The position numbers and the translations under genes were made by a program. From NCBI GenBank assembly GCA_040954595.2, contig CM082591.2:62001-126000 (forward strand): a stretch of DNA of 64,000 bases, given 5' to 3'. The notes beneath the pieces are model-generated. The model had not been told where the DNA came from, ran no database searches, and saw only the letters and a program-made list of their open reading frames with translations. The DNA comes from Balanoglossus misakiensis (taxonomy: Eukaryota; Animalia; Hemichordata). This document shows, in pieces, positions 27,901 to 39,900 of the stretch (positions within the stretch are counted from its first letter, which is position 1; the number at the start of each line of letters is the position of its first letter).

Positions 27901-30900
27901 ACAAAATGAAATGGTGATTTACCTGCAGATAAGACCATGCATTTACTCTCTGACATACCATGTTAATTAATTTCCTTTCACCTGAACTTCATGGATTACA
28001 ATGATAAACTAGCCACAAGTCTATCATGCCCCCAATATGACATTGCGGCTACATTGTATTTGCAAAGGTAATGCGTTTAACTTTTCTGTATAATGTAATT
28101 TTCTAGGCTAAGCTTTATGGTTTGTTAGATTCTTTGCCAAGGCAATTGCTGTAGTCTATAGAAGTTGCCGTGGGCTCCATCTGTCTCTGTGTGTCTATCC
28201 AAAGCCATTACTTTGACATGTCTGAACTTGATTTCATTGCAACTTAATATGGTAGTTTTGCATTATGATACAATCCAATGTGGCAACCATGCACACATTT
28301 TGCTGTGATTGTTGTATGATTTTCTTTGTCTGGAGCCATTACTCAGACTTATCTGAACTGAACATGACACAATGACAGTGTTATACAGGATCAGTGTGTG
28401 TCATGCATGATTTAATGAGCAGTAAATCTACATATACCAATTGGATACCATTTTGATGTTTTTGCATGATAAATTAGATCTGCCTGAACCTGAGTGCTAG
28501 GGCACATGTTTGCTTGTCAGTTGTGTGTCATAAAATGTTTGAAGAATGTTTTCAAATGGCCATTTTTATAGACTTTTTTTGATCAATTTCATCCTGACCA
28601 GTAGCCTTCAAGTTTTAAATCTTTTTCATCCAGCAGAGAGTTTTATACCAGTTTGAAACAGGTATAGTGTTCATATAGTCGTACCGGTATGCTAACAAAA
28701 GTAGGAATCATGTAGTTATACTTGCTTTGTAACAAAGAAAACTTGTTTAGAGTAGGAGTGAAGACTTCCGATAGAGTGAGTAGTACTTTGGTATGTTTTT
28801 ATGTGTTATGCTCATTTCAAAAAGGCAGATGACTAAACTAGTCTTGTATGATTAATGACAAAATTTGGTCTAATGACAGAGATTTCAATGCTTTCAGTTC
28901 CTAGTTATGTCTTCCATTAGAGTGTTCTAAGTTCTTCCATGATGGCTTTTTCTGTTCAGATTTTTAAAACCCATTAGATAGCTGCACAGATCTGTCAGTA
29001 ATCTGTTAGAGATGTTGGAATCATTGAGGTAATAAGAGCAGCAGTCTGTCGCAGATCACCAGCATGGGGTCTAGGAGTCTAGCAGAAGACTTGATGGAAT
29101 ATTGCAGTGCCTTAAACCCTGACATTTATTGTAGGGTTGAGTTCAGCCGGCATATCAGCATTTACTCAGTGTAGAACCCTAACAAACTGTTGAATTCATC
29201 ATACAGTCTCTCTTAGTAGAAATACTCTTAGGTCTTGATCTTCAAGCATACAATGATGTCCCTACAGCATCTATATGTGACATACTCATGCCTGGAATCA
29301 AAATAGAGGTCTTTCAATTTGTTGTTCGATAAGGCGTTTTCGTATAGCCTGCAGTGATGATCCCAGGTTTTTAATGATTCCCTTAATGATGATTCCTGCT
29401 TTAGCCATTCTTTTTCAATGTAGCTGCAAGGATTTTATTCAAGAAGTCCTACTGTTCAAAACTGCTTTCTGAGTTTACCTAGCAAGCACACAATCACAGT
29501 AGGATATCTGTTTTCAGACTTTTCTCCTTTCATTCTCCTCTAACAGTGCCTGGTTTCCAGTTTATCCCCAAATCCATCTTTATTGTCAATAGGCACATCC
29601 TATAGAATGCTTTCCTAATGTAGTAGAATGTAAGACTTTGTTTGCCCTCCAGTTTTAGCTCATTGTAAACCTCATTTCTCTATTCAGAATATTTGGATGA
29701 CCTTGAGGGCTGTTTGTCAACGTGTTTTTCTGCAAGTTTTCAGTTCACCCTCATGGAGTTATAGTTGCAGTAAAATGATTGATTCAGTATATTTTGAGTT
29801 CAGTTGAGTATAGCATGCATCTTGTCACAGATTGCCTCCCTGACAATGGAATCTGTTCCAAACCTGATGGCTAGGATGAAATTGTAAGGGGTATCTCCTG
29901 AAGCTGCTGCAGATCCTTTGTGTTTATCACGATGGCGGCTTTAGTTCCATCTCGACCCATGTCTTTTCCGCCAACTCTAGCAGTTCTGCATCACTGTTCA
30001 ACATCTTTAGATTTCATATTCTCTCAGTTGTAGGATGTTTTAAGCCAGAGGGAAAAAATCTGCTTACACTTGAATGCCTCATATTACTGTACTGCTAATA
30101 AGCCATGCTTATATGTGATACAGGGGTAATCAGATTTACATGTAATTTGATCTCAGATATGAAACTCAGCAAATGAAAAGGCGGGTGTGAAATAGGAAAC
30201 AACTAAGAAGTGAGAAAGATCAGTGTTTAGACCAATTTCAGTGATTGCAGATGAGACTTGTGGAGGTTGCTAAGCAATATGGCAATTAGCATCAAAAGGA
30301 TGCTGTAACTAAATATATGTAAATGGTGTATGTAATTAGCTTGATTGAACTGCATGTTGTGAACTAATATAAAATATGAAGTACATGTATAAAAAGTTTC
30401 TTCCAGAAATTGCTTTGACTAAAATGCTGTAGTGTACATGTACATGTAGCAATAAGAATTATGTTGTTTTAGAATGAGTGAAAATAGTAGGGTTAATGCT
30501 GTAATGATATTGTAATGGAGCACTGCTGATGTCGTGCTGACTGTTTAAAAGCAATCACAAGAGGTGGTCTACTTTTAAGATGCAATTATTACATTTCACC
30601 TTCAAGTTGAATGGACCTCGGGCAGCTTTACAGAAAAATAGTATTTCAGACTCTGTGTGTGATGTTAATACACTTGGTTGGAATCATTTTGTTCAAGACT
30701 CTAAGGATCCTCATCTTTCTGATCTCAAGGAAATTGTCTCATTTGTCTGCGCAAAGTTTAAATTATTATAGTACGGTAGTTGCATTGATTTCAAAAAGAC
30801 TGTTTTAACTTGGTTTAGTTGGCATGACAACTGTAGGGCATATGTCAATCATTTGTTTGAAATCCTCCCTATTAGTCAATCTCGCCATTGACTGATTGCA

Positions 30901-33900
30901 ATTATGTATCAATTATTGCTTGAATTTAGAAAAGGATTGGAGAAAGAAATAAGAAAGCAAGATATTACCATGACCTGCTTTTCATTTTCTTTCATGCACA
31001 TTCTACTTGCCTTACAAGTTACATCTGTAAATTACACATTTTTCATCACATCTCAGCTAGAAGAAGAGTTTTAATATCAGAGGACACAACTGCAGAAGAA
31101 GGACAACAATCAACACCACAACTAACATCAATGGCCAGCACTTCAACAGACGCAAGCAACGAAAACAAAGTTCTATAATGCTGCAACTGAGGAACCAAGG
31201 GTTGTTTACAATACATCCTAAAATGTTTCAGTTTACCAGTTAGAAAATGCAAATGTTGAATAATGTTGCATGTATTACTCTGTGTAGTTGCTTTTATGAT
31301 GAAATAGTATTGGAATGGTGCCAGAATAAGAAACCTATAGAACTGAAGTAAATTTAAAGTGAAAAAAATGACCTAGGTATTTTTCAGACATTTTTATCTG
31401 TCAGGCTTGTGGCAATTTTCCATGCAAGGTCATTTAAATTGACCAGAAAAAAAATCAATGAAATAAGCTCTGGGTAACAAGCTGACGACTAAATGGCTGT
31501 TCTGTCATTAAATGTAGGTTTCCTGCGAAGGGAATTGTAACCGCATCATCATCATCATCACCATCATTGTCATCGAAAGGAAATCGTGAAAGAAACTAGC
31601 AATTTGTAGTGCAAGAGAGAGTCTGAAAGTGTCACCTCTAAGGTGTGGGAGTATCTGCCAATGAGTGGAAGTTTCCAACATGCAAAAAAAAATCAATTGC
31701 CTGTTCATGACAGCTCCTGGCAAAAAAGAATTGAACAATTCTTTAGAATTGTTAAGTATATCGTGGGTCGGTATAAAAAGGAAATAGCTTCTCACATTCA
31801 AAAGAACAAATTTGGTATATTAAATGTACCAGTTTGAACTGGTATGTTCTTGATGTTATCCAGCCCACATCCACAGAAAACTTGCATGGACAAGTTTTTT
31901 ACCAATTACTCAGGAGAAAGTTGTATATATGGTAATTGTTAAACCTCAGGCAGGAATCTCATGTTGGTGTGTGGTTTACTCTGTGTGTAGAAATTTCTAG
32001 ATTCAATGATTCCTAGATTTCTTTATTCCTTTGAAGTTTTTTGTCATTTTTTGATGGCCTCAGGACTTTGACATTGAAGATATTCAAAAGATATTCAAAA
32101 ATGATCACTTTATATTTCTCATCCACAGGAGGTTAGCGGATAACAAGTTAACAGAACTGCCACCATCCGCATTTGATGGACTCCACAAATTAGAAATTTT
32201 GTAAGTATTCCTGGAAAATCAGCTGTAGGGGGCACTATTCATGTTAAACTTTGGCAGGAAAAGTAAGATGCCCTTGTGAGCATTTTAACACTAATTTTCC
32301 GTTTTTATTGAAAAGGTTTGAAGTTCACTGCTCAATTAAAACATATTTTCTGTCATTTTCAGTGCTGTTGGAAATTTTACAGTCAACTATTTGCCTTTAT
32401 GAACCATAAGCAGTCATGAATTTGTAAAATTAAATAATGTTTGCAGTGGATGCAAGTGACCAATCAATTGATAAGGTTTATGTTTGCAGGGTCCATTTCC
32501 ATCTATTTTCAGAAACTTGCCTGAAATCAGATACAAAATTTTGAAGATTGAGCTCAAAATTATTACAAATATTGTACATTTTGAATTTTTCAATCTTCTG
32601 GAAGTTAAAAATAGTGGCTGCACTCTGCTAGAAATTGTTACCCAGGACCTTGCTTTATACCCTTTGGGTCAAATCAAACATAAAGTCAAAAGGTCAACAT
32701 GTCAGGTCAACACGTCATGTTGAGTCCGTGACTAGTTTGAAGATTGTTTCTTTAAAAATTATACAGCCTACTGATTGTCAGACAATTTGATGTTGTGATG
32801 CCTTGTATCCATAGAAACAGCCAAAGAAATAATCATCAATGATTGGTTGTTAGTGTCAGAATTGTTCATAAATATTTAATATATTTATGATAATTACATT
32901 TCTGTGTTAGCTTTGTGGTGCGACACATGAGTGGAAAACAACATGACATCAAAAATTAATGTTGTTATTAAATCATTGAAATAGGAATGCATTTGCGTAT
33001 TGCATGCAACAGAGCTCTAGGACATTTACTCCAACCATAATCCCTTAAAAGCCAAGAATATTACATAAAGAGAATTCCAGAATTTCGATAAACAGTGTTC
33101 TCTGGAGAAATATAAGGACTGCCAATTTCTCCCTGTTTTTGTATGTATGCATAAACCTACTAACTAAATCACAAAGCATTTTGTTGTATGTTCTCTCTAC
33201 AGAATGTTACAAGTTAATCAACTGACAAAAGTTCCAGCAGATTCTCTGCAGAATTTACCAAACCTAGATGCATTGTAAGTTACTCAGAATAATCTTGCAT
33301 TGACAGATGCATTTTGCTGCTTAATGTCATTTTAAAGACAAAATGTTTTCAATTATTTCTTTTTATTTAAAGGGCCACTATCTGTAACATTTGGCTACTT
33401 TTTCTACAACTTGTCAGAGAATTTCAAAATCATGATGCATGTATATTTCATTTAGGAAAGAGATGATATTGAATGGGGAATAAATTAATCTATTTGCTCT
33501 GCTGGTCTGGGACTATCTGGACACAGAGATAAATCCATGTAGTTTCTCTGAAGATTCTGCCTTGCAAGCTCATCTATTGCTGATCCATCAGAAATTACTG
33601 ATCTGAACAATGTAAATGATATTAGCAGACCATTAGGCCTCCATGTTTGTGACATTTACACATAATAGACTAACTGCTACATTTTGATAAACTGCAACAT
33701 TTTGATAAACTCATGTTTGTATCATATTTAGGTTAAATGTACAGTTATTCAAACAAAAATGAGGTTACAGTAGGGTCACCATGGAATTTCCAAAAGGAAA
33801 ACATATTTTATACATTAACAGTATTTCTAATTGGCCTTACAGTGTATGTTTTGAAATCATTTCTAAGGGTTGAGTTGGGGTTAAATAAGACAGCGTGTGA

Positions 33901-36900
33901 CAGACAGTATAAGGACTTATTTTTACTCCTGCTGTTTGACAGGAATATCACTGTTTGCAGAGAAGGGAAAGAGAAAAAGTGCCAAAGATGTAGATACAGT
34001 CATGTCAATGAGATGTATTCAAGACAAAATAGTTGATCTAGAATCAGTTTCCAAAAATAAATGCAAATTTACATCTTATTTCAGGAAATCAAGTCTTAGA
34101 AGGAACATTAGCTAAATAGAAAACCATGTACTCAAGTGATAAAGATGCAATTTAAGAATTAGATCCAAAATAAAGCTCTGTCCATTTTCATACTGATACC
34201 CTGATTAACACATTGATGTGTTGGGTGAGTTTATAATTCACTGATGGGATACTGTTGACCCAGGTGGCTTTCTTTCCCGGGAAATTCTTGACCTTTTCCC
34301 GTACTATGGCTGAATGGAATTAACTTGCTTCCTTGCGAAAAGGGTTATTACAAGGACAGAATTTTCAAAGATAATGAGATTTTCACTCCTGTGTTTTACA
34401 AAATTGATGCAATGGTGTTCTTGTTATCAGCTTATCACATGAACAAGCCAACTTTGTCATATCCAAACTGAAAGTAGCATGATTTATACTGCTGTCATTC
34501 CATGCAATTATCCACATGGTGTTTTTTTACCATTTTTTTCAGGCACTTAGATGCAAATGAAATCAAGGAGGTTGCTGTTCACAGTTTTCAAAATCTCCAT
34601 TCTTTACGGCATCTGTGGTTGGACTGGAATCAACTGACAGAAATTCCAGTCGAAGCCATAAACCAATGCCCTACCTTGGAGGCTGTTACTCTAGCTTTGA
34701 ATAATATTACCATTATTCCTGACCATGCTTTTATCAACTTGACCAAATTAATGGCTTTGTAAGTGTTTTCATGCTGTAGTTTTACTGTTAAGGAAGGGTC
34801 TACATAAAAGTTACAATATTGTCATTTTCCTAACTTGCTATGTGTTATGTGCAGAGCCAGTATTATTTTTGCATCACCCATGCAATAGTTTTCTGCAGTA
34901 GAAATATCAGAACAGCTTTTGCCAATCATCTGTATTAGACAAACATTCTGCATCGTGGCTTTACTCTTTCAGATTACTTAACGATAACCAAATTGAGTTT
35001 ATGGGAGATAATGCACTGAATGGCTTGGAAAGTCTACGGATTCTGTAAGTATTTTTACTTGGATGTGCAATTAAGTTTGCTATCTGTCAGACGGTGCTGA
35101 CTTCACCATCATAGTTTTGTCCAAATCTATTGTTTTCTAAACTAAAGTTGGACCTCTTAAGAAGAAAATGGGGGTGAAAGGGTTATCTGATATTAAAAGC
35201 AAAAAGTGAAATGTTCCCAACAATCATAGTAAGGATAAAAGAATAAAACATTAGAATATTTGCAACAGAACAGACTGAGCTCATAATCTTCCCAGAACAA
35301 GTAATCATTGACACTAGAGGGCGCCATTTTTGTTCCTTGGCAGTTTCATGTATTGAATCTCATGATTATTACAACATAGATCACTGTAAACTTTATGAAC
35401 AAAGGTGATATAAATATAAGAATAAGTTGTATTTTACTCATTGAACTCAAGAAGCAGAACTACCAGTCTACCACACGCAGCATTTTGAAAATATATGACA
35501 GTAAAACAGACTATAGTTATTAAAACGTTTTCACCCCTATATATGTCTATTCCGTTACCATGGACAACTGTGAAAAAATTAGGTTCATACTCCAAATGAG
35601 ATGTTTTGTGAACGGCTGAATGATGCATATTAATGTGTATACAAATTATTTATATGCTTAATTCTAGCTTTTAACATTTCTAACTGTTTAATAACAAGGA
35701 TTTCTGTGTGTGCTTGTCTTTTTATTCAAAACTTATAACTTTCTGCTTTCAGAGAACTGCATAATAATCTGTTGTCAGAATTTCCAGTTGCTATATCTTT
35801 CCTTGAAAGCTTGACAGAATTGTAAGTAATCTGATTATATTTACCAACAAAAACATGTTGCTTCATTCATGAATTATGATTTCTGACATTGGCAGCAGAA
35901 ATATATTGACATAACATTGATATTTTCTACCTAGCGTTACTCAAGAGCACTTAGTTAAAACTTTATCTCAAGTTCAATGGTGTCTGTCACTAATCTGGGG
36001 ATTTCTGTTGTATGTAGATATTCAGTTGTGAATTTCTAGAAATTGAAATATTGAACTTCTGCAGGGTAAAGTAAATTCCATTCAACCGGAAAATAACTTA
36101 CCTCAAATTGAGACGTTTTCAGGAGACGATAGTAACTGCAGGCGCTCAAGCACGAATTTCCAAAACCTTGGCAAATTAGTTGGGCCGTGTGGAGAGAAAC
36201 AAACTGACTGCACACACAGTAGTGGTCAGTGACACAAAAAAACAAAAACTGGCCACTGAAAGGGGACTGAGCTTACTAAGTGAGCAAATTTGCATATTAA
36301 CCCAACATCAGGGCACAGGCTGTACACCTGCTTTTTAAAACAGCCAATTAGCAGAGCTTGCAGTTAAACAGGTGCAAGTTGTAATAAGTTGTGTTGTTAT
36401 CATTAGGAATTTAAGACGCAACAGAATTCCATACATCAGAGACCATGCATTTGCTGGGAATCCAGAATTGACTGTTCTACAATTGCTTGGAAACAAAATA
36501 CTAACAGTTGGAAAGTTTGCCTTTTCCAATATGCCCAAGTTGAAAAAACTGTGAGTATAAGCTATCCTGATCAGTTTTGATTACATTGTCAAAATGTGAA
36601 TTTTTTGCATGATGATAGGATATGAGATGTTAAATGCAATATTGGCAGTTGCGATTGTATCCCTAACTTATAATTGAGTTAGGACATTTATCCAAAGTTT
36701 TTGTCTGTGTGTTTTGTTGTAGGGTTCTGTCTGCTGCCAGTGATTTGATAGAATTCCCAGATCTGACCGGATCCTACAGCATAGAAACCCTGTAAGTGCT
36801 AAATTTTCTAGCTGGATTTTTTAAACCATATTATGCTTGGTTGGTTGGTTGGTTGGTTGGTTGGTTGGTTGGTTGATTGGTTGATTGATTGATTGATTGA

Positions 36901-39900
36901 TTGATTGATCTGTTAAGGTGTAAAATTTCTAAATGTATATGCCACATCGGAAGCTTGTAATATATGTCCATGTCATACATGTATGTGAGGCCTGCGATTC
37001 TGGTTCAGCATCCTCTTTTTTCTTTTTCTTTTCCAGCCATCTTGATAGAGGATCAATACAGTCAGTGCCAGACAATTTATGTCAACTTCTTCCAAAGTTG
37101 AGGAGCCTGTAAGTTACAGATTTTGCTACTTTGATTTCAATACTTGAACTTGATGCAGTTAATTCCAAACTCATTTTACCATAATCACGACAGAAACGAT
37201 ACAATATGCCATACTTTTTATGAAATGACATTTACCACTGCCGTGAACTTCAAAATAAGGCACCACTGATGTGATAGACAGCTCTGAGTGTTCATATCTT
37301 ATTACCCATCAGACTGGACCATTTGTATTATCCAGTTTACAATCCTACGTTATTAAATATATTTAATCTTTGTTGGAATTATTTACAGGGATCTTCATTC
37401 CAATAACATTCCGGCAATCCCTGAATTATCTGAATGTCATGATCTCCGTATTGTGTAAGTATTCATGGGTAATTTCACAACATTTCAAAATTGCTGGCTA
37501 AATTTTGCTGCATTACCTCTTTCTGTTTAATCCTGGAATTGTCAAAGAAATTATGATTAGTTGAATTATTTAGAATGAGTAAGTGAAGTATTGTGTGAAA
37601 TAATTATCTTAATATGATGGCATGTAGTTAAGCATTTGAAGTACTTTTCTGTGGGAATCTTTCCAACTAGTTTAACAAATGGAGTGCATACATGTACATG
37701 ACACATCAGGTAGCACTGTCAGAATCTAGGATGAAAATCTTTATTATTTAAATGTTGACTTGACTGGAAGCTTATGTTCACTGAGAGCTTTATAATCAAC
37801 TGTTCCATTATGTTTTTTTCAGAAACCTCGGTGGAAACGAGATTGTATCCTTGGAAGGAGGTCTCCTCAGCAGTCTTCATAAATTACGTGATTTGACTTT
37901 GAATAACAACAACATACGAAATATTCCAGAAGATGCTTTCATTGGTTTGAAAGATCTTCAGTATTTGTACGTACAGGCAAAGAATCTGATATCACATATT
38001 ATATACATTACATAGTTACTTGCACATAATGTGTTTTCCATTTTACATTCATCTAAATATATTTACAGGAACAATTCATGTCTTTTTTGACCAAAAATGT
38101 GTGTGTGATTGGCAATTATATCAATTGATCTTGGTTATATCATGCAGCCATATGTTATGGCTTTTTATGTCCAGAGCCATTTCTCAATCATGTTTCAACT
38201 CATTTAATTTGAACACACAAGTCTACGCACAGTGCACTGTTTTATTGTACATCATCATTCTTCTAGTCTTGTCAGAACAATGCCTTGGCTGATTCCATCT
38301 ATGTCATGTACAATTAATTTTGTCTTAATACAGGGACTTGAACAGAAATTTCATTGAAGAGATTGATCCTAAGGCATTTGCCCCATTGGAACATCTTGAA
38401 GATTTGTAAGTAAATTAATAATAAGTGATGCCTTTCATATTAGAACTCTGAGATAATGTCTCAATTCATTTAGGATTATTTTGAAACATGTCCAATGAAG
38501 AGGTGACTACATCTAAATTTATTATATTTTGAAAGAGACAAACAAAACTGGAGCCATTATGCATTTTCTTAGTTTGTCATTTGCTGATGCTTTCCAGTCT
38601 ATTTTGCTACAATCGAAAAGGGGAAAAAAAAATGTGTCCCCAGTTTTATGAAATTCATGTTGTTTACTTCTTCACAGGAATTTATCAGAAAATATGTTTC
38701 CTGAGTTGCCCACACTTGGCCTCGAGAAGTTATTGTTTCTGAAGACAGCTGGTACCAAGACAATCCATGATTTTCCACCAGCATCCATGTTTCCTGAAAT
38801 TCTCAATCTCAGACTGTCCTATGCTTACCATTGCTGTGAATTCCTTCAACAAAGTACAGAGGAAATAAATGACATAGTCTACACAGAAAAAATAGATTGG
38901 ATGAGTTCTGATTCCGACCTCAGTATGTGGTCAAACTGGACTAGAGCTATCTGGGGAGGCAAGTTTCTTTATAGACTTTAAGATCAGACAGTTCATGTTA
39001 AGAGCACCATCATGCTTTTGCATGATGAGCATTTGATTGGCAAAGACGTTACATATCAGCCCTGACATCTGGTGAAAGTTTCAGAAAAACTCTGTGTAAA
39101 CTTTGTTTTGGCAGCATCCCTCCTTAAAGAATACATTCCAGGCTTTTTTGTCAGTCATACGATTCTAGATGCTGTAAAATTAATCAAGATTTATGCAATG
39201 TGTTGGTGGAATAACATTTGAATCAAAATCATTTTATTTCATTACAGAAAATCTGACGCTTGGATCTGATTTTTCTGATGTGTTGACCATAGATTATAAC
39301 AACAATTATCCAGATGATATTCTGTCAGATTTCTTTAATAATGAAGATTTCCTTGGTGAATATGAATCAAATGATTCTCCAAATAGTATAAGACGCCATG
39401 TTGAGTGTCTTCCGGAACCAGGTATTCTAATTCATTTTTGTCTCTTAAAATCCATAAGCTGTTCTTTGATGTTTTGTCTCTAATATGATCAAATATGGGA
39501 TTAATCCTAGTTCTACTTACAAAAATTTCCAAGCAATATCAGACAATTAGATTCTGAGAAGAAGACTTTTGAAACAAAAAAGCAGAAATTGCAGATTCCA
39601 TCACAATTTTAACTGATCTGACTTAGATCATTGCCAAGGACTATCATCAAAGCTGCAGGACCAGTGGCTTAATGTTTTATTAATACAAGCATTATATTCT
39701 TCAAAGATATTAACCAAGACAACATTTGTTAACTCAAAAATTCTCTTTTTATTCTTTTTCTAGGACCATTTACACCATGTGATGACTTGTTTGGCTGGTG
39801 GGCACTTCGTGTTGGTGTATGGATTGTATTTCTGCTGGCTTTATTTGGTAATGGTACCGTCATCTTTGTCATCGTCGTTAGTCGCACAAAGATGTGCGTA

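Noticed and set aside
1311-33710. Short tandem duplications (15 bp at about 1312, 11 bp at about 32078, 18 bp at about 33675)
   Set aside because: Ordinary replication slippage in introns
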